Assembly: GCA_030265395.1 (NCBI GenBank)
Contig: JARFYF010000064.1
Span: forward strand, 11,316,722 to 11,380,721
DNA: 64,000 nucleotides
Reading direction: 5' to 3'
Origin: Rhina ancylostomus
Lineage: Eukaryota
Position numbers and translations under genes: made by a program. Positions 29,701-41,700 of this stretch are shown in pieces. The notes under the pieces are model-generated. The model did not search any database. It was not told the DNA's origin and was given only the letters and a program-made list of their open reading frames with translations. Positions within the stretch are counted from its first letter, which is position 1. Each line of letters begins with the position of its first letter.

Positions 29701-32700
29701 CTTTGGAGAGGGTGCAGAAGAGCTTCACCGGGATGTTGCCCAGAGTGAAGAGCATTTGTCATAAGGAGAGGTTGGACAACTTCGATTGTTTTCTCTGGAG
29801 TGTCGGACCCTGAGGAGCAAGCGGATGGAATATAAAATTATGAGAGGCAAAGGTAGGGGAGATAGTCAGAGTCTTTTTCCCAGGGTGGAAATATCAAATG
29901 CTGGAGAGCATAGGTTTAAGGTGAGAGGGGAAAGTTTAAAAGATATTTTTACACAGAGAATGGTAGTGCCTGGAATGCTCTGCCAGGCGAGGTGGTAGAG
30001 GCAGATACGACAACAACGTTTAAGCAGCATTTGGACAGATGCCTCTGAGAGCACATTACACTTGATGACCAAGTTCTTCCCAGTTATTGACAGAGAACAT
30101 GTTTCCACAAACCCAGGTTTTGTTTTTACCTTCCCAATCTGCTCCAGCCAATTCTTCTTACACGCCTCAGCCCCTCCGAACCAGATCCCCAGCACCTTCA
30201 NNNNNNNNNNNNNNNNNNNNNNNNNNNNNNNNNNNNNNNNNNNNNNNNNNNNNNNNNNNNNNNNNNNNNNNNNNNNNNNNNNNNNNNNNNNNNNNNNNNN
30301 AAAATAGTAGAAACGGCGAAAGATTATATAAGGTTGTTTCCTTTGTAAAAGATGAGGTTAGGGGGAGGGGGGTGGTGTGGGGAGAGACTTAATTAAGGTA
30401 AACAAAATTATGAGGATCCTAGATAGGGTAAATAGGCAGGACTTGCTTACTTTAATATAGGGGTCCATAATCAAGGAGCAATGAAGTAAAGTATTGATTG
30501 AAGGATGAGAGGGTTGTTGAGGAAAACCTTTTCACCCGGAGGGAGGCAAGCGTCTTCTGCCCTCTGGGTGAAAAGGGTTTCCTCAACAACCCTTCAACTG
30601 CCATAAAGGGTGGTCAGTTAAGCAGCACTTAGATGTGTACTTGAAAAGCCATGATGTGTAGGACCAAGGACCTGTGACCGGGTGGGATTAGTTTGGGATG
30701 CTCTTTTCCAACCCAGCTGAATGGGCTGACTGACCTCCTCCTGCATTATATTATGTTTATGATTCTATGAATCAGGCACTAGATGCCCATTGCAGTTCTG
30801 GATACAAATCCTAGAAAAAATTCTGCAATAATTTCATCATGGGATGTTCATGTCTCATCAGTAGTGTACCCTGTTCTTGCATGTGCCAGCAATTTGTTTT
30901 AAATTGTTTTCATTCTTACTATTGAGTTTTTGGGAGAAAGGTGACAGAAAGAGTAATCATCGTCAAGCATCGTCAGTCTGTGGTAAGAGTAATTGTGGGA
31001 GACCAAGCATGTTACCAAGCCTTAGTGCTTTCACCAAACTAAAGATAAACAGAAGAAAATACTGGCCAATAACAACAGCTTCATAATTCTAGTTTTATGC
31101 AAAACACAAAACATCAACGATATATATGCCTACTATTTTCTTATTCCTTTGATGTACAATAGCTAGCTCTAAGCCCATTGATTAAAGCTTGAATTGACAC
31201 TGAGTAGTAATGGGTCGGTGTGGCAAATTTGCTCAGCACAGCAAGTTCATTAACAACCACAGGATCATCCCATTTCTGAGCAACAAAGAGTGAAGGCCTC
31301 AAAAAGAGACATCTTCCTTGCACAGTATTTCCTTGTGGTGACAATATCCTTTGCAAGCTGTTTTTCTGAAACAATATGGATTCTACCAGTGTACTCGCTC
31401 AGATCTGAATGACCTATAGAATTATACCTAGCTGAAGAAAGAAATAAATCTGCAGCAGTAAGTAAAGATAATTTAGGCTTGTCTTGATGCCAGTGTGGCT
31501 TACTTCAATCTCTTGGCGCGAACCTTTCACTGCATTAACTGTGACACACTGGGCTATTTTTGAGTTATCCTCACTTAGTTACCCCGGGGCCAGGTAGGTT
31601 GCCTTATCGAGAACATACTTCAGCCAGGGTGGAATTAATCAAAGCTGGTAGACCAGATTTGACTTGATTAGATGCCAAGCTATGGGCTAGTATGTGGGAA
31701 TAAAATGCAAAGCACACTCTTTGAAATTACCAAAACTAAAACCAAAATTAGGCTGACACGTTATGAAGAATTTGTTCTACTTTTTTTCCACCCACTATCC
31801 ACAATTACTGGAGCAACTCGGGCACTGCTGATGGTGTCGGGAACCTTATGGACAGTGGGCACCATTTGGAAGAGTGATTTCTGATTGGCTTCACTCACAG
31901 CACACACATGGCTGCCAAAATGCTCTCAAAGAAGATCTTCAGACCAAATATGTCAAATTTTGTTTTTAAAAGTACTGATTGTTAATTTTTGGCTCAAGCT
32001 TGCTCTATCAACTTGTTGCTGCATTTCACATTTACATTTTTTTCCTTACACAGTTCTTTGAAAGATCCAACTTTAAATATCACAGCAAGTTTTGATGTTG
32101 GAAGAAGGATTAAGGTAATTAAAAACAACACCATTTTCTTTGGTTCCTTGACTGTATGCTAAATTTTCCTGGATAGATTGTACAACTGTCTTGTTCAACT
32201 TTCCTTCAAGAAAATGGCTCCACTGAGTTGAATCAATTGCTGTACAGTAATCAAATTGGTCTGCCCAAAGAAGGGAAGGTTACCACAAGTCAACCTTTCA
32301 CCTTGTGGTATCCTTGCAATTCACCATCAACATTGCCTCTCAAGCCATCCAGCTTACACTATAGTTCCCAGCTATCCCCCACCAATTCACGCCCCCCACC
32401 CACCCACACCATCCCCAAGCCCAGCCACCTTAAACAAGTGACTCAATGTGAGGGGAGATTTCATCACCTTTCCTGTTGGAATGAAGTTATGAGTGGAACG
32501 CAGTGTTTGTGCTTTGACATTCAGAGTTCCTCTGAGTGCAACAAGTCTGAATGAAAGAGGCAAGGTATGCCATTGCAACAAAAGGATTGTATGAAAGGAA
32601 AAGGGTTGAATTCAAATTACCGTTCAGGTGGTATCCAACTCTAGAACATGATTATATGTATCGGTGCCCAATTCTCAAGGAACAGTCATGGTGTCTACCT

Positions 32701-35700
32701 TAAGCTGTTGTCCCTGATACTCCTGTTCTAGTAATAGAGTCACAGAACAGAGAAACAGACCCACTCTCCAAATAACTTACCCTATACAACTCCATTGTTG
32801 TTTTCCCCATGATCCCATCATTCACATACACACTAGGAGCACCTTAAACTGGCCAATTAACTTACCAACCTGTACATCTTTGGCTTGTGGGAGGAAACCA
32901 AAGCATCTGAAGGAAACGCATGAGGTCACAGGGAGAACGTGCAAACCCCACAAGGACACCACTGGATTGAAGTTGTGAGGAAACTCTACTAGCTGCACCA
33001 TGGTGCCAGCCTTTACTTTAAATACTCCAGGAACAGCTCTAAAGGATCTCACTCCTGTGCTTTTAATAGTCGGTTGCCTATTGATCCAAGTAAGGCCACT
33101 TTCCTATGCTGCATCTCCTTGTTATGGCCCAAGTATCAAAAAGAGTAATCTTATCAAATTATAGAGCAAGCAGACCATCTGAGGAATTCTGATTTCAACA
33201 TGTGTTGAATTCTGGGGGAATGGTGAGAAAGAAGTACAGTGCATTTAGTGGGGAAAATCCCAGACTTCAGTCTTCTTTGACATTCTACGTAGGAGTGAGT
33301 AGGGTGTTAAGGTAACATCTCCTGTTGGAGAAAGAGCTTCAGTTTGGAAAAGTTGCATAATTTTGTTTTCAAGAGGAGAACTGAATAACCATTGAAGGGA
33401 AAAGAAGTGGAACAAGAGGGAAAGCCTAGTAATTAGGGAACAGGTCTGGCAAGCTTTCTTTTCAATTGGAAACAATGTCTGCAGCCAAAGGTGATATACT
33501 GACAAGAAGAAACAATTTACAAAAAATTAAAAGAACAAGGTTCACTGCCTCCTTCCAGGGAAACGATGTATATCAGGATGCAGTGATTGATCGGATCTTC
33601 TTAAAGAGTTTGATAAACTGAAATTATTTCCATAAAGGCACACAATGAGGGGGGAATTCACTGGAAATGGATAGGAAACACAATAGAGATCAGAACACAA
33701 CATTCAGGAACATGTGATTGATGGAAAAATAAAAGGCAAAAGGTATGATCTGCCAAGTTCGGCCCTGATGGAGCAATCAGAATGGAAATGGATAATCCTG
33801 AGCACAAGTTTGGTGGGAGGTCTTTGGTAGAAAATCCATTTTCATGGTGCTCAATGCCAGACGCTGAGTTATATTTACCCACTGATCCATGGACAGAGGC
33901 CACAAAATAAAATGGCTAAAGCAAAAATCGATTTCCTTTCGGGTTTGTTTACCTAATTTAAAGATTGCAAAGAATAAGCTCCAGTTACCTAATGAAAGGA
34001 TGATTACACAGAGTTGTTGCTTGAGGGACACCTAATTAGATTTGTTACTGACTCCAGAGCTAGATTCTCAATTATTTTCACTTATTTTTATTTCCACTAC
34101 TCTTAAACCATAACTTGCCATTGCAAATTTTAGATTAAACAGAAAGAAGTGTCTGTTCTCCTTATAGACAGTCACTCAAACAAGGAAGTATTTAGAAGTA
34201 CTATTAACGTACAACTCGAAATACAAATGGAGGGACAGGCTTCCCTTTCCTTGCATGACTCACCTCTTCACCAGGTTCCCCCTTTAGACCCTGGGCAGTC
34301 ACAGCAAACACAGCATGCAAAAGTAAAGGAGAGATACAAATAGAGGATTAGTATTAGACCAACAAAAAAGTACTTAACAGCATCTTTCTACAGCAATCTT
34401 TCTAAGGACGTCAGCAGCCAAAGTCTGCATCAATGCATCAGACTGTACCTCAAGCAACAAACAAATAGCACAGCGAGAGATTACACCCTCAATAATCTTC
34501 AGTCCCGGACAGACTGAAACAAGTTGCCTTTAGCAAAGGAATATATCACAATGGAGTAACTGGGACGAAAAAGAATCCAGCAATTAAAAAAAAAATTCTG
34601 GGAAACTAGGATGGGGAATTGACATTTCAATCCCAGTGAATTTTGAGGTAATTGGCTACACCCTGTCACTGATGAGTATCAAGGAGCAAGAGCACTATGG
34701 TTCTACTCATAAGTAGGATTGGACCTTTTATGGTTGAACTGGGAGAGCGGAAATCAGGCACGGATCTATCAACTGTATGACAATTGAAACAATTTTGAAA
34801 CTTCAGAGTGCTGTCACGTAACTGGTATCCTCAGAATACAATGAGCAACTGGCAGAATGGACTTACTGTTGACTGACACTGATCAGAGTGTCAAGGTACA
34901 GGGTATGGCTGTGGCTTGCTTTGCTTTCAGGACCACTGAATAATCAGAAATACTACACGTTATCTTTTAAAGTTGTAAGTACTATCTTTATAAAGTGGAG
35001 AGTGCCTCACACAATTGCCCAGGTATATGATTATGGCAGATTTCAGGGTTCCTTCCCATTTTCTCTCTCTGTGGAAAGGTGGAAGTATAAAGCACATACA
35101 GATTGAGAAGGATTAATGTCTTGTATTACCAAAGGACGCACCTGTGGGAGCATGGGAGAAAGGCAAATAGAAATGACATCTTGTTTTAGCCGAGCTTGAA
35201 CCTATGATCAGAACCAGCTGGCAAGTATTCTCCATTGTCTACGGAAAGGATTTCAAACCACCAATCCAACTAAATATCACATATTTGGGCAGAGATAAAA
35301 ACAAATTAAAGAAAACAAAATTGCTGTCTGCCTGGAGACCAAACTCAGGAGTCTGCTGAGTACTTTATATTGAAATGCCTCAAAACTCTTTATGTGCAAT
35401 GAGGTATTTTGGGGTGTATGTTACTTGGGAGGCACAGTAGCCATTCTACCACATACATAAAGTCCAGCTTACAGTAATTGGCAGGATGAATGACCTAGTA
35501 TTTTTTTTATTTTATTTGTACTGATTGAAGGATGGAGTGATTAGAATGAGGCAAGTTCCCTATTCCACACAAATATTGTATTGAAATCTTTAATACACTT
35601 CAGAGTAGATATATTTTGGAATATGCTTCATTATCTCAGCTGAAGGAAGGTACTTCTGACAGTGAAGCACTCCCTCAGTACTGCACTAAGGTGTTGGTCT

Positions 35701-38700
35701 GGATTAAGCTTGCAGGTTCCGAAGTAGAGTAAAAGCAGGGCCTTCTGCCTCAGAGGCAATGATGCTACCAATTAAGGCGAAGTAACACTAACTGCAATAA
35801 CCAGATGTGACAGCTTAGGCCAAATGATAGACAGAAGCCAAACTAGCTCAGATGGGAATCTTGGTTGGCATGGACCAGNNNNNNNNNNNNNNNNNNNNNN
35901 NNNNNNNNNNNNNNNNNNNNNNNNNNNNNNNNNNNNNNNNNNNNNNNNNNNNNNNNNNNNNNNNNNNNNNNNNNNNNNACAGCTTAGGCCAACTGATAGA
36001 CAGAAGCCAAACTAGCTCAGATGGGAATCTTGGTGGGCATGGACCAGTTGGGCTGAAGGGCCTGTTTCTGTGCTGTATGATTCTATGCCTCAATGAATAC
36101 ACTGCAGTAGTGTCCTCAATTCTTGGTTCCGATTACAGCATTTTTTCTCGAGTATTCAAGGTGTAATCTCACCACACATAAAACAAAGTTGTGAACATTT
36201 ATCTTTCCAATCATTTAAATTTTTTTCACCCATGAAGTCACAGACATTTGGTTTCAATAAAGATGTGGTTAGCCAGAAAAAAAAAATCTCAAAACATTGT
36301 CAGTTTCACAGATTTGTAGATCAGGCTTGGGACCCCTTTACTGAGTGCCTAACAAAATCATTCAGACTACTTCTCTTCATTATAAGAGTCATTAATACTA
36401 AAAAAGATTTCTAGAATGAATAGTGGAGGTGAAATGCCTTGAAATCTATGAAACAATGGGTAAGGAGGTTTAGAAGAATATGAGCCAAACATTGGCACAT
36501 GGGACTATCTTAGATGGGCATCTTGGTCAGCATTGACAAGATGGGCTGAAGGGCCTGCTTCCACGCTGTATTGCTCTATGGCTTCTCTGCCTTATTTTCA
36601 TTTGTTTCTCTGGGTGTTCTGGTCTTCTCTTACATCTCAGTAATGTGATGGTTGGTGGATTGATTGTCTACTGTAAGCTGCCCGTAGAGTAGGTGTGTGA
36701 GAGCAGAATCAGGTTGGAGAAGATGGGCATGTGAAAGCAAATAGGTTGCATGGATACAAGTGCGGGAATGGGACTGATGAGGTTGATGAAAGAACCAGGA
36801 TTGACTCAATGGGCTGAACAGCCACCTTCCATGTCATGAAAAATATGAGAACTAGGAAAAGAAACACCATAAAATGTATCTTGCCTTATGTGACCTGCCC
36901 CAAGACATGCCAGTGTGGATTGATGCAAAATTCTGTCTGATAGTGTTCCTGTGACGTACCTTAGGAAATATAATCATGTTAAAAGTTGTTGAAACAGATG
37001 TGTAAGAGGCAGGGGATGTTGGAAGCTCTTCCTGAACGGATAAACTCGGATGGATTAAATACCTTCCTTCATTCTTAATGATCTTGGGTGTTATGGAATC
37101 CATTCATTCTCAGTGTAGGATCTCTTCACCCCACGGCCTCCAATTATTTTCTTAATGGACTGAACTCTAATGAATCCAGAATGCTCATGGCCTCCATTGT
37201 TATTGTCTATGCTTCACAATCTCTTAATGTGGATCGATGTCAAGTGCTTTGGGATATTTTACCACATTAAAATATGCTCCAAGTTACTGCAGTGGGCATG
37301 TGAAGACCCCAAACCTTCCCTTTTCAGCTCTGATTTAGGATTTGTGAAATATTCCACAGTCTGTTCAATTCAAAACTGCTCACAACTTTACATTTACATG
37401 TCAATAGTAATAAATGCACAGCCAAAAAATAAGATCCATTGAAAAACAAATTTTATTGTAGTCATGCTCTAAAAAGCACATTTATCACATTGTACATTGG
37501 GGAGCCCATGAGCTTCATCAATTTGGACAATGCCAGATTCATGCAGTGAAAGAACCATTTCATTAGGTTCTAAACAAGCTTGAAAGAAGCTGAAACATCC
37601 CTGTGGTTTCCAGTGGATTATGTGAGGAAAGGGTTTGAGTTGCAGTGATAAACAGATCTTGGAAATGAGCAACAGACAATCTGCTGGAGGAACTCAGTGG
37701 GTCGAGCAGCATCTATAGGGGGTGTGGATGGAATTGTCAACATTTCAGGACAAATCCCTGCATCAGGACCTGATACATGCAGGGATTTGACCTGAGATGT
37801 CAACAATTCCTTTCCCTCTGCAGATCCTGCTCAACCTGCTGAATTCCTCCAGCAGATTATTTGTTGCTCCAGATTCTGCATCTGCAGTTACTTGTATCAC
37901 ATGGAAATAAGGTTGGGTAGAACATGTGCCTCAGTGCCCACAGTTACCCACTTGTAAATGCCAGGGAGTCCCAAATAATATGCTAAACTCTGGTTATATA
38001 ACCAAACCCAACTGAATGATTACCTACCCAACAGAAATATAAACAGTTAAAAATTCACTTGAATGGTAATGCAAAATTGCCTGTTATGTGGCAATTTAGC
38101 TCTTTAACATCTCTTGAAATGAATGCTCGGCATTTGTACAATGGGCAGCCGGTGCTATATAATCCCATCCACACAGACTGGTTTACTCTTCAAACCATCT
38201 GAATCTCAAAATGTTTTGAATTCATTCACAGGATACCAATGTTACTAGCAAGGCAAGCATTATCCATCATCAATCCCTAAAATTTAACATCCGAAGTAAA
38301 TCTGCCCTCAAAAGTTCACACTTCAGATTACAGCTTTGCTTTAGATTTGGAAGGCTGGAAGGGAAATGATATTCTTCATCAGGTAGATAATTTTTACTGA
38401 TCATATTCTCTAAAGTAATGCATGTTAACATGCATTAACAGCGAAGCAATAGGAACAATGTTTCACTTGTTTTGTCCTTCTGAGGTGGGTCCTGTCACCA
38501 AAAACTGAGTGCAGTTATGTGCTTATTTAAACAGAAAAACAAAACAGAGTAAGTGCTACTAATTACAGGAAACTCTGTTGTGAGCACTTCCTTGTACTGA
38601 GAAAGTGACCCAAAACAAGAAAGACTTAGGAACCTTTCAAAGTCATCTTTCTAAAAAAAAGTGCAATTAGCACAAAGTCTTTCGGTCTATTGCAAGAATG

Positions 38701-41700
38701 GCTGGAACAAAATTTGTCCACACACTGGGATCTAGTGGTGGCAGCCTAACCTTAGAAACTTGGTTGATTCCCTCTGGAATTTCCCCATTTAAAGAGCTGG
38801 GGAAATAACTATCAGTAATAACAGTTAACAGCCCTTCAGCCCACACACAGAAGTGTCCTTTTAGAGCAATGAGGGAGTTAGAATGAGTTTGGTTATTTCT
38901 GCCAAATACCAATACTGTGCGATAAATGTGCTTTATGAACTCAGGGATTCCTAGCACTTTTACTTACATTTAAAGAAATATTAATATTCAGACCAGAAGC
39001 ATGGCAATCAGGTTAGTCCACAGCATTTCCACATCAGTGAGTCAAAGCTTTAAAGAGGCTGTTCAATATTAGGAAGTATCCACATTGTCACTTGCCGTGA
39101 TTCTACTGTTTACTATTTGATGTTTCTGCAGTACAAGCTCAGAGTTATAACTGAAATAGAATTACTTTACACTTATATATGAGTTTATAAATGAATATAA
39201 CAAATAATTTAGTGTTTTTTAAATTATTTTAGAATATTATAAACCAAGAAGAGCTTGCATGGCAACGTTCAGGGAAGTCAGTGGCACCAGCTTCAATGCT
39301 TGCAAACACTAAGCTGTAAATACTCCTGGTAAAATGAAGCTCACATTATTATTGCATATTGGTCTCTAAATTTTCTTGAATTCCAGTTTAGCCGCTGATG
39401 TATTTATGTTGTTTTTGAATGGGGAGAAATGTTCACCAAACAGCCTATTTAACTAACCATTGCTTTATAAGCCAGAGGTTTCATTGCAGGAGATAACACC
39501 TTTTAAAATAAATTGCATCAGAACTCGAAGGCATCACAGCAAGAAAACCTCACAAACTTAACAAAAACCTGATGCAACAAAGAACTCAGCCTAGGCCCAT
39601 GTAACATTCATCTTAAAAATGTGTAGTAGGTGCGCTGCAATTCATAGCACTAGCTGAAATGCTCCATTAGCGAGATGTAAAATGGAGCCAAAGCAATGTG
39701 CAAAATGCTCTCAAGAAAGGTGCAGTTAAGTGTGGCACTGTCAAATAAATGGTTTAAGGCTGCATTATCCTGGGGTCTGAAATTGAAAGAGAATTAAATG
39801 ACCTGTACAATGTCACTTTAATAAAAGTCTTCTATCTCTATAAACCAGATGTTGTTCTGACCTTTTAGAAATGTTTACACAATGGCTCCCTTGGGAGAAC
39901 AAGACACTTCCAAAAATGGTGCCTTTTTTTTGTTTCAAAGGTTATACACATGCACAAACTTGTGCTCGGTTAAAAAATAAAATATTATAAATCAATTCAA
40001 TTCCAGTACCTAGGAAAGGTGGAGGGTGGGAGGAGAGGCGAGGGGAAGGATACTGCAGCATTAAATTATTTTTTCTTTGACATTTCATTTACAAACAGTT
40101 TAAATGATCGTTCATTGTGCCTTCAGTGCAAGATAAGCATCAGGTTTATGTAACCACACTGCTAAAATTTGATGCAATAAGTAAACTTACCCTTCTCCCT
40201 GGTAGGCCCATGGATCCTTTATTTCCCTAATAATCAATGTACAGTCAGAACTACAAAGAAAGAGGTTTTGTTTGCAATTTCACCCAAAAAGCTGCTCAGC
40301 CGCACACGAGAACATCCAGCAAAGATGTGTGCCCCGAAATCACAGAGTAAGCGCTTCAGAATGTAATGCTCAATCACAAAAGCATGAAGGCTTCCCATTA
40401 GATGCTACTATTTAGTGCTTTACACACCAAACTACCAGATTGCTAGGCTAAGAGTTAAACCTTTGGAAAAGAGCCCTTATCACAAGAGAAAGCTGGCAAT
40501 ATGATGACTGTATACTAACACCATACCACCAGTTTAAGCAAAATCTCCATCCACATATCCATCCAGAGCCAAGGTAATATTTCTGGGGAGCAGTGCTTGC
40601 AAAACAGTTAATTAGCATGATGAGAGCATGAGGATTTTTAATATCTGGGAAATCACTCCTTTCTGAAATGAAATTATTTATCCTAAATGAAGTCTTTTTT
40701 CCACTGCATTGTTAAGAAGAACAAAAAATAGAGGACACAAATTAATTATCAGAATTAAGTGGGAGTGGATAGAAGTTAGCAAGAGGCAAGCTTCAGAACA
40801 TAGCAGGAGGTAGACAAAGACTGTTAAAACAAGGCAGACAAGTGCAAACACGTAGCAAGGATTAGACAGGAGAGGGGTGCAGTTTAAGGCTAATTACCGG
40901 AAAGCCATCTCTTCCTGGAGCTCCCTGAAATGGATAAAAATCAGTAGAAGAGGGAGAGAAATGAACATATTATATACATAGCACAAAAAGCCAAAGGGAT
41001 AAAGCTGACTTTATCAATTTTAACTTTTGAAAAGTATGAAATTTATAAGTGCACTGGTACAGAGGCTAGAGTTCTATCCCACTGGTTTTAAAGCATAACA
41101 ACAAATGTAAATTCTGCAAAGACTAAGGAAACAGTTATGATGACACTGCAAAGATTTAGAAGAAATAAGTTAATATCTAAGGTCCAGTACACCATACAGA
41201 AGCTTACAGACAGACACTGTTATTTTTTGACCCAACCTGTTCTCTTGGGCACTACTAGCGTTTCGTGTACTTACAGCAGGCCCTGTGAACACAAGAAAAG
41301 AGGGAAAAGGCAGATTATTCTTCTGTGGTGTTCAACATAAAAGTAATACAAGTTTCATTATTTGTTTAATTCTCTGGCCTAGTGACCAGCCATAAAAAAG
41401 GTTCATTATATTTCAGATGGCTGTTTGTGTAAAGGGAAGAGTTCATTATGTTGAAATAAGATTAGACAAAATCCGTTTGCATGTTTCTTTTATACACAAA
41501 TTGGACACAAAAAGCTGTTTTAAAATACTTGCATCCACCTCCTGTAAAAGTTCCACCTATCGGGAACATTGAACCAAGTATTTCCAGTTGAAGTTCACCT
41601 TAACACAATCTCATTTCCCCAGCATCAACGTGCTACCCATTAATTACTTACCTTGAGAAACTGGATCAGAAGTTGAAACTTATGACTCACAGCTCAACAA

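Noticed and set aside
31583-31603. Minus-strand LPGPG followed by gtaact
   Set aside because: No suitable acceptor, the length does not preserve frame, and there is no Gly periodicity.
35810-36047. 69-bp direct repeat (2 differences) on either side of a 100-N gap
   Set aside because: Typical unmerged heterozygous contig overlap; an assembly artefact rather than a tandem duplication.
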